Positions 1-10,000 of a stretch of 60,277 nucleotides of DNA are shown one piece after another. The notes under the pieces were generated by a model. The model was given only the letters and a program-made list of their open reading frames with translations. It made no database searches and was not told the origin of the DNA. The stretch is taken from the NCBI GenBank assembly GCA_003345545.1, contig PRDH01000028.1:1-60277 (forward strand). The letters run 5' to 3'. The position numbers and the translations under genes were made by a program. The stretch's first letter is position 1, and the number at the start of each line of letters is the position of its first letter. This DNA comes from Candidatus Thorarchaeota archaeon. GTDB lineage: Archaea; Asgardarchaeota; Thorarchaeia; Thorarchaeales; Thorarchaeaceae.

Positions 1-182
1 GTGACTTCGTTCAGGACAAAGTATGGACCATGCACTTCGCTCCAAGCGTTGAGGCCCGTGACCTCGCTAACGAATTCAATTACAAGCCACATAGCTGGAA
101 GCGAGAGGAGCGCTCCCGAAAGATAGATGAGTCTCAAGATCCACGGGTGGCCCTTATACCACGGTTTTGTAGATGTTGTCAT
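1..182 (-). CDS. Membrane protein, runs off the window edge; paralog of the C-terminal domain of the 339..1244 protein (missing from the ORF track)
   Basis: Manual translation from ATG at 182 (GGAG upstream, in-frame TAA at 189-191 just 5'): MTTSTKPWYKGHPWILRLIYLSGALLSLPAMWLVIEFVSEVTGLNAWSEVHGPYFVLNEV..., open to the edge. Confidence 0.8.
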   Translation of the reverse strand, partial: MTTSTKPWYKGHPWILRLIYLSGALLSLPAMWLVIEFVSEVTGLNAWSEVHGPYFVLNEV

Positions 183-338
183 AGACCATTACTCCATGCT
201 GACAATTTGACGCCTTCTGTTCCATTACAATCATGGAGCTCAGAAACTAATCACCTTTGCTTGCCTGCCCGTTATGAATACTCCTATCCAAGCACAGAAT
301 CTATAGTCTTGTCTTTCTCTCTCACAACCCAGTTCAAC

Positions 339-1244
339 TCAAAACTCCAATTCATCCGATGTTGAGAAGGCTTTGTAGATGAATGCCAAGGAGAGACTGA
401 TGAAGCCAACGATAGCCAAGACCGAAGCCATGACAGGAGGGCCAGTTATTTCGTTGAGAATGAAGAATGGTCCGTGAACTTCACTCCATCGAGAGAGCCC
501 CGTGACTTCACTGATGAACTGAAGAGAAATACCCATCAAGACGAACGAGAATAGAGAGGCTCCAAGAAAGACAACACGTCTCAACCAAGCCCCTCTCCAC
601 CATGGTCTTTTCGTCTTTGGCAAGCTGGATAGTACTTCGTGCTTTGCTTCTTTGTTCCAGTTCTTTGTGCTGGTCGTGACTCTCTTCCTGACTCCAGTTG
701 AAGTTATCAACTTCGCATCTCTATAGTTGACCAACCTACTAGTGAAGTAATACTTCGTCTGCGCCCACGATATATCATACTGACGCTTCAGAAGCTTATT
801 CATCAAATAGAGGGAGAAAACGAAACTGAAGGCGCACGTCCAAAAGGGAGGATAGGCCATACCACCAATCCATGGAATGTAGAAGAAAGTCACATTATAG
901 GCGACCATGGCAATTCGCAGAGCGATTACGAATGAGAACGCAAAGGTATCCGGACCACTAGGTCTCCAACGAGTGTGGAGATAATACGAACCAGCCATCA
1001 TGCAGAAGAACGTGAAACCCAAGATATTGATCAGAGACCATGGAAACCAGTAGCCAGCCGCAAGCAGCTCCCGTGTAATAGGATTGAATTCGACCTCATA
1101 TCCATAAATCGCCGTCATTCCAATCGTATAGACTGAATCAACAATCCCGATCGGGATGAGCATTAGTACCAATGCCCTGACCCATCGGACCGTTGACCAG
1201 CCTGTAAAAAGCTCCGTCGGAGTGATTGTCGAGAGATTCTTCAT
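339..1244 (-). CDS. Polytopic membrane protein with DUF5658-like N-terminal region (E-x-N-P motif) and a two-TM C-terminal domain
   Basis: ORF 339..1334, likely start MKNLST at 1244; D-S-V-Y-T...EVEFNPITRELL motif; about 6 hydrophobic helices. Confidence 0.65.
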   Translation of the reverse strand: MKNLSTITPTELFTGWSTVRWVRALVLMLIPIGIVDSVYTIGMTAIYGYEVEFNPITRELLAAGYWFPWSLINILGFTFFCMMAGSYYLHTRWRPSGPDTFAFSFVIALRIAMVAYNVTFFYIPWIGGMAYPPFWTCAFSFVFSLYLMNKLLKRQYDISWAQTKYYFTSRLVNYRDAKLITSTGVRKRVTTSTKNWNKEAKHEVLSSLPKTKRPWWRGAWLRRVVFLGASLFSFVLMGISLQFISEVTGLSRWSEVHGPFFILNEITGPPVMASVLAIVGFISLSLAFIYKAFSTSDELEF

Positions 1245-1454
1245 CGGTTCAGTGTCCTTCTTCAGAAAGAAGAACGAAACATGCAATATAACCGTTAGCC
1301 ACCGAGCAAAAATGAGAGTGGCAGAGTAGCACACTGGAGGAAGAAACCGATATTAAAACACTCGTACCTCCGCCGAATTGACTGGGTCCTGTTCTAGCAT
1401 CTTGATTACAAATCAAATGTCAAATTTGTGAATGACTAGGGAGAGTGAAATGAT

Positions 1455-1493
1455 GAAAAAGAAAAGGATGACAGAGGCCGAAGCCTCTGCATC
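1455..1493 (-). terminator. Hairpin plus U-tract terminator after the solute-binding protein gene
   Basis: Minus strand GATGCAGAGGC-TTCG-GCCTCTGTCATC followed by CTTTTCTTTTTC, 16 nt after the stop at 1510. Confidence 0.7.
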
Positions 1494-1509
1494 TAACAAT
1501 GAACTACTT

Positions 1510-3363
1510 CTATGCGGTTGGGTATGTCTTGTACATATGGAACCAGTAGAGGTCGTGCATTGGGTTGTAGACTAGACCATCACCGTGCAGCCATATTCTC
1601 CAAGTCCTGAACTCAGTTGCCTGATAGACCCAGAGGTATGGTGCATCCTGAGAGACTTGCTCGTGAATGAGGTTGTAGTATGCCATTCTAGTAGCAGGCA
1701 CTGTTGCAGCCTTGGCCAACAGATAGTTATCGTTAACAATGCTGTTGTTGTAGCCAATTCTCTGCGCGTAGGTACCCCACTCATAACAGAACGGATAGAC
1801 ATAGTTGTCTGGGTCTGCATAGTCGGGTGCCCAGCCTACAAAGAAGATAGGCATCTGGCGAAGTCTGATCTGGTCTAGGTAGGCGGACCACTCAAGAGCT
1901 TGGGTCTTGAACTTCATCGTACCACTGATACCTGTTAAGTTCGCGCTTGGACTAGCGACCACCTTTGTTAGACCATCTGCGAGCAGGAGCGAACCCTGTT
2001 CTCTCACAGTGTTACCACTGTTGTAGTAGATAGTGAGGGTTTGGCTCATGTTATTCATAGTCTGAACAAACACTGGGTCGGTCATAGCCACGTTCCATGC
2101 AGCAACTGCTAGTGAGATGTTGTAGGCGTAGGTGTAGAGTGATGCATTGTATCCAAACATCCCGAATGGGATTGGACCCTTAGCCTGGATACCGAAGCCA
2201 TTGACTGCAGCATTCATGAAGGCCTGGTAGTCAAAGGCGTAGGATGAACACTGTCTGAAGGCCTTGTTTGCATAGGGGCTTGTTACAAGCTGACCGCTAG
2301 TCAAGTTGAAGGTACCCATGTTGAATCCAAAGAACATCACTGTGTAGCTCGCGCCACCAGTGTTGACATGAATGTTTGGATCCTTGGACGTAAGTGATGT
2401 CTTGTTGTAGATGTCTAGAGCATTTGTGGTCGGCCAGTAACAACCATCGGTTGTACCAGCTTTCAGGTTAAGTGACCTACCGTTGACATCCTCGTTGGTC
2501 CTGATGAAGACCGTCTTGATGGCACCTGCGTTAGTACTGGTTGAAGTTCTCCAGTAGCTGGGGTTTATGTCCATTCGAATGTACTGATCTGGTATCCAGG
2601 TTGTCATCATGTATGGGCCAGTTCCACAGGTGTGGCTTGCCATGTAGTTGTCGTACTCACCATAGTCGACACCATAGCCTGCCCAGGTTGCATATGTCGC
2701 ATTGGTTGCGTGCGCAATAGCATAGGTAGGGCTCATCACTGCACCGACTTCATATGTCAGGGCTGCGATGAATGGCAGATATGGTTCAACTAGACGGAAC
2801 CTGATTGTGTTCGCATCGATAACAATGATTGCGCTAGAGTTTGCGACCCAGTTCTCGAAGGCTGCTATGAAAGCGGCCGAGGAGGGACCGGCGCTATAGG
2901 CCTTGGCCTCTACTGCGGAACCACCGACAAGGGGTTCAGCAATCATCCAGATGGGACCGTCAGGATAGAAGATCTTCATTGCGCGCTCAAGGTTCCATTT
3001 GACACAACTGGCGTTGAATGGAGTACCATCATGGAATTTGATACCCGTTCGCAACGTGATTGTGTAGTTCAGACCATCAGCAGACATTACTGGCGCAGAT
3101 GCGGCCAGCAGTGGTACTGACGGGTCGGTCACAGCGCTGTCCCACGGATAGGTGTACAGCGTCTCATACACATTGTATGAGATATATGAACCGAAGGTCT
3201 CATAGTCGACATGTGGGTCTAGATAGTCAGGGTTGCCGATTGTTTCCCAGACCAGAGTGTTCTCTGGTGGCCTAGTCGGCTGCTGCATCCAGATAAATGC
3301 AATTCCTGCACCCGCAATAACAACTATGATAACAACGATTGCTAGGAGTTGATTTCTTTGCAC
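1510..3363 (-). CDS. ABC transporter peptide/nickel substrate-binding protein (family 5, OppA/DppA-like), N-terminal membrane anchor
   Basis: LDPH..YETL, LRTGIKFHDGTPFNA, CGTGPY and GWAPDYADPDNY motifs. Confidence 0.9.
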   Translation of the reverse strand: MQRNQLLAIVVIIVVIAGAGIAFIWMQQPTRPPENTLVWETIGNPDYLDPHVDYETFGSYISYNVYETLYTYPWDSAVTDPSVPLLAASAPVMSADGLNYTITLRTGIKFHDGTPFNASCVKWNLERAMKIFYPDGPIWMIAEPLVGGSAVEAKAYSAGPSSAAFIAAFENWVANSSAIIVIDANTIRFRLVEPYLPFIAALTYEVGAVMSPTYAIAHATNATYATWAGYGVDYGEYDNYMASHTCGTGPYMMTTWIPDQYIRMDINPSYWRTSTSTNAGAIKTVFIRTNEDVNGRSLNLKAGTTDGCYWPTTNALDIYNKTSLTSKDPNIHVNTGGASYTVMFFGFNMGTFNLTSGQLVTSPYANKAFRQCSSYAFDYQAFMNAAVNGFGIQAKGPIPFGMFGYNASLYTYAYNISLAVAAWNVAMTDPVFVQTMNNMSQTLTIYYNSGNTVREQGSLLLADGLTKVVASPSANLTGISGTMKFKTQALEWSAYLDQIRLRQMPIFFVGWAPDYADPDNYVYPFCYEWGTYAQRIGYNNSIVNDNYLLAKAATVPATRMAYYNLIHEQVSQDAPYLWVYQATEFRTWRIWLHGDGLVYNPMHDLYWFHMYKTYPTA

Positions 3364-3731
3364 TTAGCTTCCTCCGGAATTTCCTTAGAAAGTATGTTCA
3401 GTTGCGACTGAATAAGTCGGAACGGATTGGATAGAAGCGGCAGAGTCCTCTAGGAGTTTAAGCCTTTTGGACCTTCTACCAACTTGAAGCTCTTCGTAAC
3501 ATCAATTGCTAATATAGGTACCGGTCAAACAGACGTTTCAAACCGCTTTTTTCTTGATTCGATGCTGGTCTTAGTGAATCAGAGGAAGAGCAGAAAGTAT
3601 CTACGGGGACGTGGGGTTAGGAAATCGAATAATTGAGTGTCATAGGATTGCCAGGAGAAACAACCCGCCAACATACCTCCGCTCTGATTTGTTTGTGGCA
3701 ATTGGAAAATATGGAGTCGAGTAACACAGTA

Positions 3732-4325
3732 CTAAATATCAAGCTCGTCAAGGGCTTTGAAGAACTCCCTAGTGAGGAAAGCGCGATAAGCAAAACCGCC
3801 CCATCCAGATTCAGTCATTAAACGATTCATATCACCGAGCAGTTCTTCTCGGGACATAACAGTCACATCATAGATCTCATGTGTGTCTATGGGTTTCATC
3901 TCACCGCTGAGAGGTTCTGCCAGAAAAACGAGCGAGCGCCAAGGAATCGTTTCATTCCTGCACAAAATGGCGAGGTCGAGGTCAAGGACCATTCTCTGTA
4001 GACGAACTGTGAAACCAGTTTCTTCACGCATCTCACGAATGGCTGCTTCTTCGATGGACTCTCCTGCCAAAGCTCCTCCCGAGGGAGCCCGATATATCCC
4101 TGTATGTGCATACTGAGGTTTCTGAATTACGACGTATTTGTCGTCTGACGTCCTGATGAAGCAAGTGACATCATGGAGGCGATTCTTTGCGCGACTTTCT
4201 CTTACAAGGTCGCACTCAAACTTCAGGAACTGGGCTGTGAAATGAAGCCTGCGAGGTTCACCATACTGTTCTATGAGGGACCCCATCTCTTCACTGTCTA
4301 TGTCATTCAGGGTTCTCGCCGTCAT
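3732..4325 (-). CDS. NUDIX hydrolase
   Basis: Nudix box GGALAGESIEEAAIREMREETG. Confidence 0.9.
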   Translation of the reverse strand: MTARTLNDIDSEEMGSLIEQYGEPRRLHFTAQFLKFECDLVRESRAKNRLHDVTCFIRTSDDKYVVIQKPQYAHTGIYRAPSGGALAGESIEEAAIREMREETGFTVRLQRMVLDLDLAILCRNETIPWRSLVFLAEPLSGEMKPIDTHEIYDVTVMSREELLGDMNRLMTESGWGGFAYRAFLTREFFKALDELDI

Positions 4326-4410
4326 GGCAAGAGGTTGACACTCTCAAAAGGTTGTGGGACGACAACCTTTTACGAGTACGGATGCAACACACAGTGGATT
4401 TGAGAAGGGA

Positions 4411-4947
4411 GTGAGGAATCTGGAGAAACGAGTCGGCAAAGTCGTAGTCAAGATACATATGGGGGACATCACTGAACTCGAAGTCGATGCTATTGCTAAT
4501 GCTGCGAACTCGGATCTTTGGATGGGCTCTGGCGTTGCAGGAGCAATAAAGCGCAGAGGAGGACAAGATATAGAACGCGAGGCTATGTCGCTAGGTCCCA
4601 TTAAGCCCGGAGAAGCAGTCCTGACCTCAGGAGGTGCTCTGCCTGCACGCTATGTCATTCATTGTGCGGGCATGGCACCCGGGGGAAAGGCCACTTTCCA
4701 GAAGGTTTCATCCTCGGTTCGAAATGCACTTGCCATTGCATCTGACCATGACTTAGTGTCAGTAGCGTTCCCTGCAATAGGTGCGTGCGTTGGTGGGCTT
4801 TCCGAACGCGAGTCTGCACGGGCTCTTGCCACAGAGGTGGTGCATTACTCAAGGTCGCCTCGGTCAGTAAAAGAAATAACACTTGTCGGTCTTAACAAGT
4901 ACACCTGCAATTGCTTCAGTCAGGCATTTGACGATGTACAGGAGTAG
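4411..4947 (+). CDS. Macro domain protein (ADP-ribose/O-acetyl-ADP-ribose binding or hydrolase)
   Basis: GDIT, AIANAAN, MGSGVAGAI, VIHCAG and SVAFPAIG motifs; ORF begins 4354, likely GTG start at 4411. Confidence 0.9.
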   Translation: MRNLEKRVGKVVVKIHMGDITELEVDAIANAANSDLWMGSGVAGAIKRRGGQDIEREAMSLGPIKPGEAVLTSGGALPARYVIHCAGMAPGGKATFQKVSSSVRNALAIASDHDLVSVAFPAIGACVGGLSERESARALATEVVHYSRSPRSVKEITLVGLNKYTCNCFSQAFDDVQE

Positions 4948-4952
4948 ACACC

Positions 4953-5453
4953 TTGGAACATCATGACCTTAGAGGCATTCAAGTCTCGGTTCAACTAGGG
5001 CCATGCGATGATTCAGACATAGACCTGGTTGTAAAGGCTCAGGATATACAGCTCGGAGCCGCTCCCTCAGGCATTATCAGCAGCAGAGGTTCATTCGAGA
5101 GCTTAGGCATCTCTATGAAGGAGGCGACCCATGCCGAAATGGTGCGTCATTGGCCCAGCATATCGATTCAGGACCCTGATAGACGAAAGGTGGTCTACAG
5201 AGCAGCTAGAGACGCGTTGAATGCTGCCGAGGCAGCTAACGTTTCAAGTGTGGGATTCTTTACCCTTGGGCTGGAAGTCTCGAGGGTTCCCAGTTGGGAA
5301 GTAGCAGAGGAAATAGTCAAGGCTGTATTCGACCACGCAAAAGAAGGTACGAGCCTTGACAGAATCATGCTAGTAGCTAGCTCACCAATTCAGGTGAGTT
5401 CTTTCCAATACGCGCTAGGCAACATCAGAATGCTACGAGATGGGTCGACCTAG
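4953..5453 (+). CDS. Degenerate macro-like domain protein
   Basis: C-terminal half (RDALNAAEAANVSSVGFFTLG...EVAEEIVKAV...LDRIMLV) parallels the macro C-terminus; GDIT/NAAN motifs lost; starts 5 nt after the macro gene. Confidence 0.55.
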   Translation: MEHHDLRGIQVSVQLGPCDDSDIDLVVKAQDIQLGAAPSGIISSRGSFESLGISMKEATHAEMVRHWPSISIQDPDRRKVVYRAARDALNAAEAANVSSVGFFTLGLEVSRVPSWEVAEEIVKAVFDHAKEGTSLDRIMLVASSPIQVSSFQYALGNIRMLRDGST

Positions 5454-5460
5454 TCAGTGA

Positions 5461-6822
5461 TCATCGATTCAGCCTTTTTTGTGCAACATCTGCGGATTGC
5501 ACAAGAGGGTCCCAAGTATCGCACACAGCCGGCGCATAGCAGTTCTCAAAGTCGAAGAGCTCTCCTGCATCGATATCCTGTTGAATACCTAGTGTCAAGA
5601 CGTTCAATCTCATCGCAGCGTCCTCAAGTCCCACCAGTTGACCTCCAACGAGTTTGCCAGTTTCTTTGTTGAAGAAGGTCTTCAGCTTGAGGTCTAGTCC
5701 TCCAATGTAGTACGGTGGCTTCGTGCTCCCTTTGATCGAGCCCTTCACGATGGGGACTTTGAGCCTTGTCGCCATCTCCTCTGTAAGCCCGGTGCTGGCT
5801 ATTTCAAGGCCGAACAACTTTGTCACTTTGGCTCCGACGATGCCTGGGAACCTCACATGACCACCGGCAGCATTGATTCCTGCAACTCGTGCCTGACGCA
5901 CTGCAACAGTTCCGAGGCCCGCGGTCATGGGGGTTCGAGTGATGAACTCCAGGTTCTCTGCGCAATCACCAACAGCATAGACGTCCTGGAGATTCGTCAT
6001 CATTCGGTCATCCGTCTGGATGCCTCGCCAAGGGCCAATCTTGACACCTATCTTTTGAGCAAGGTCAGTCACTGCTCTGACTCCAGTGGCTACAACGACG
6101 AAGTCGGCAGGAATCTCTGAGATTTCTTCTGTCTCCCTGCTCTTCACAACTACACCGGTAGCTTTCTCCTTTCCTGCAATCTCCTGAGCCGCAGTATTAT
6201 TGAGAATCTTGAGGCCGTGCTCTCTGCAATGCTCCTCGATGATCTGTGCCATATCAGAATCAACCATAGCCAAGAGAATATGAGGCAGAAACTCGACAAC
6301 TGTGACCTCAAGACCGCGTTCATGAAATGCCTCAGCTGTTTCCATTCCAACAAGGCCTCCCCCGATTATTACAGCATTCTTTGCTTTATCAGCTTCCTTT
6401 GCCAAAGCCTTGGCATCATCGAGAGTCCGGAGACCATAGACACGCTTCTTGTCAAGACCTTTGATAGGGGGATCTGCATTCCTGGCGCCTGTGGCAAATA
6501 TCAGAGCATCATATTCCTGGTGCCCCTTGCCCCCTGCGCCACCAAAAGCAAGCTCTCTTGAGTCGTGATTGATATCAGTGACACTCGTACCCAGTCTAGC
6601 CTGTATATCAAGTCCTTTCCAATTCTCTGGTGGCATGAGTACAAGGTCCTCAAAGGCCTTTACTTTACCTGAGATGGTATAGGGTAATCCACAACGAGAA
6701 TATTGCGAGTAAGGTTCTGTGTTGAAGAGTGAAATCGCGACTTTCCGATTGAATTTCCGAGCCTGCATTGCGGCAGTTGCACCCGCCGCACCACAGCCAA
6801 TAACAGCGATGTGTTCAACCAT
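5461..6822 (-). CDS. NADH oxidase / CoA-disulfide reductase family flavoprotein
   Basis: GCGAAG FAD motif, redox Cys in YSRCGLPY, IGGGLVGMETAE NAD motif, VYAVGDC, YAP dimerisation region. Confidence 0.9.
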   Translation of the reverse strand: MVEHIAVIGCGAAGATAAMQARKFNRKVAISLFNTEPYSQYSRCGLPYTISGKVKAFEDLVLMPPENWKGLDIQARLGTSVTDINHDSRELAFGGAGGKGHQEYDALIFATGARNADPPIKGLDKKRVYGLRTLDDAKALAKEADKAKNAVIIGGGLVGMETAEAFHERGLEVTVVEFLPHILLAMVDSDMAQIIEEHCREHGLKILNNTAAQEIAGKEKATGVVVKSRETEEISEIPADFVVVATGVRAVTDLAQKIGVKIGPWRGIQTDDRMMTNLQDVYAVGDCAENLEFITRTPMTAGLGTVAVRQARVAGINAAGGHVRFPGIVGAKVTKLFGLEIASTGLTEEMATRLKVPIVKGSIKGSTKPPYYIGGLDLKLKTFFNKETGKLVGGQLVGLEDAAMRLNVLTLGIQQDIDAGELFDFENCYAPAVCDTWDPLVQSADVAQKRLNR

Positions 6823-7051
6823 GGTGATGGTCTCCGATTGATTTCGCTACCTCACCTTTGGCTCGTCATATTTAGGCTATTGGTATCACCATAGTGAAGC
6901 ACAGAATCGATAAAAGGAGGGCAACTGAATACCTCTGAGTGGTGCATTGAGTAATCACTCCTTGCCCGAGAACGACAGGTAATCCACAAGTGGGTGTCGC
7001 GGGACTTGTGCTTACTATGTCGTCAAGAAAGAGAAGCGGGATGGGTCTGAA

Positions 7052-10000
7052 ATGAGTAAAGACACTTCAACGAGAAGAGAAAGTGAGTTCCGACCGATAT
7101 CTACACCAATGAATGGTAATAATCTGAAAATGCTGAAGCTGCTGTCGCTGTTTTTCATTTCATTCATGGCCATCGCGCCCATTGTCCTGAGTAATAGCCC
7201 TACAACTGCCATTCTGCAATCAGAAGATAGTGTGGGCTTCTTGCCATCTCAGTCTCTCTATCACTACACGCTTCCAGGATCTTCAAGCATTCAGATTGCG
7301 ACCGGGACAGTTCAAGGTTACAATGGATTTGCTTATGTCATCGATGACGAAGACGTGCTCTACTTTGTGGATGTCTTCAATGGAGCAACTCTTACTATTG
7401 TACTCCCTACGGGGGACCAGAGCCTTGGATCCGATATAGTTGGCTATGATGTGGATGGTGATGGAGATTCGGAGTTCCTGATTCGTAATTACGTCAATTC
7501 CCAATTCTATATTCTAGTGGCTGATATTGACGACTCGAACGTAGCACAGTATCCAATACCCTTCAACTACCCTGCCGCGGTTGGCTTTGGGGACTTCAAC
7601 GGAGATGTTCATCCTGACGTACTGATAAAGAACATCAACAATAATAACGACTTCATGACCCTTGATCTCTTCGGCAACGACACTATAGGTTCGTTTCTCG
7701 TGGACTATTGCTATGCTGGGCAGATTGTTGGGAACTTCGCCAGTTACACAGAGGACTCAATTGCACTTGTCAGCAGATACTCACTTCAGCAGAGAAACCT
7801 GACTCTGGTTGCAGCAGATGGAGTGCAGATAGACTCCATTATTCTCACTCCGTCGATACAAGACTTGGTGACATTCCACTACTCAGACGGACTTGATGAA
7901 ATAGCCACAATCGAATCAGATGGAGACATCGTGGTCTATTCAGGACCGGCTCTAGGTGTCACGTATACAAACAATGTGGAACTTCTGTCAAGTTCCTACA
8001 GAACCATCCAGAGTGGCGATTTCAATCTCGATTCGCAAGAGGACCTGGTAGTCATCAGCCGGACTCAGGAGAAAGCCTACTTTATGGATGGATATGCTGG
8101 CTTTCCAATAAGAGAAACTACTGGCATCTACATGCCCAGCTATAAACGGCAGGGTCTTGGGCTGATGGACAGTGACGCTCTGGATGACCTTGCGGTCGGC
8201 ACTGTAGATGGTGGTCTGGGCATCATTCGTGGGCAAGATGGCATGTTTGCTTACACGGAGTACCTTATTGATGTCCGGAGCGTATCATCCTCCTACCAAA
8301 TCGAAATGATTGATGTTAATGGAGACACACGAGCTGATGTGCTCTGTAGAGTCTTGGGTGATGTGTATCTGCTGCTAAGCGATTCAACTCCCCCAGGTGT
8401 TGTGCAACTACCAATAGTTCCCAGACATCCGACGACTCTCGATGATTATGTCACGGTAGAAGTGCAAGTCAGTGAAACATCAGGAATCGAGCGTGCAGAT
8501 ATCTTCATGAGAATTAGCGCTACGGGGTCATGGATTCAGCCACAGGACGAGATGTATGCGTCTCATCAAGAGGGGTTCTACTATGCATTCATCGCAAATC
8601 TACAGGCTGGCAGCTATGAGTACTACATGGAATTCCAGGACACATACCTCAATACTGTAAGTGTCGGTGATTCCGTCCTCCCAATGAGTTTCACTGTGAC
8701 AGGGGATTTTGTCTGGCAGTTCGACAAGAGCGATACAGACTACGTGGATAGCAGGGCACATCAGTCAGACAGTGGGTATCTCTTTGGAGGGCAGAGAGTC
8801 ATTTACACAATTGAGAGGGAGAGAGGTGTTGAGAATCTTACGCTGACCCAGTATTCTAGCACTGGCACTCTTCTCGATACAGTGACCATCGTAGACACAG
8901 GTGAAGTTCGGCAGTACTTCGAAGTCTACACAGCCATGCTCGACGGAGATATTGTGTCGGACATCATCGTTCTTGACAAGACTCCGTCCTACCTCTACTA
9001 TCACGTCTATCATGGAAACACACTCTCACTGATAGGTGAGGGAATATGTCCCTACCCCTACAAGAGTTTCAACTATCTTGGAATTATAGATGATGATAAG
9101 GATGGAAATGATGAGCTGCTGCTTGTTTCTGATACAACGCCCCTATCCCTGATAAAGATGGATTCGGACACGAGCTGGTCAGAGGTCGAGCTCTCGGGCA
9201 CTGCAATACCTCGAGGCTATTCAGTGATTCACGATCCCGATACAGGCGATGGCTATATTGCAGTTCTCAGAGGGGATCTAGCAATCGATATCTATCGTGC
9301 GGAGGACCTGTCATTCATTCGTTCTCTTGATATCGAACTCAGTGCTTATTCCGACCAGGTTGCCATAGCTTTGACAAGTAGATACAATTCATTCCTCGCA
9401 CAAGAGGAATTCGTGGCTGCGGTGAACTATTGGCATGGTACTGATCCAACAGGACGCATCTTCATTTTCGATAGCACGACGACAAATGTAAACAGCACAC
9501 CTTACTATGCAGTGCCTCATGAGGGAATTACATATGCCTTTGCGTACGATACGGTCGGCAGTGCCTCCGATGAGCTCTTTATTCTTCTGAACTCAGGAGA
9601 ACTACGAATGACTGAAACCGCAGCATCGTTGACGACACTCTGGTCCACGTTTGTGACTAGCGCGACACCCCTCAGTGCTACAGTTGCTGACTTTGACGGA
9701 GATGACAGTAGCGAGTTCTTACTATTTACTGACCAAGATGAACTAGTCACATCAGTTTCATTCTACGGTGAAGTTGAGTGGACAGTGAAGGTAGGTGAGG
9801 TTCGTAATCCACTCCTTATTGGCAATATTGACTTGGTTCCAGGGGAGGAGATTGCTGCTTATCCATTCGCATCAATAAACAGCATGATTCTGGGTGCGAT
9901 TCGAAATCTCGACAGCACCTATCTTCTCGATGTCTCTATGGAGTATTCCTCCACTAATCTGATTCAAGGAGATACACTGGTTGTGAACGCTACGGTGCTG

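Noticed and set aside
30-365. Plus-strand 111-aa ORF and the many short antisense ORFs in the track
   Set aside because: They overlap well-supported genes on the opposite strand or in another frame and have no motifs; shadow ORFs.
3364-3731. ncRNA or tRNA in the long intergenic region
   Set aside because: No cloverleaf, T-loop consensus or convincing stable structure found by eye; a covariance-model search would be needed.
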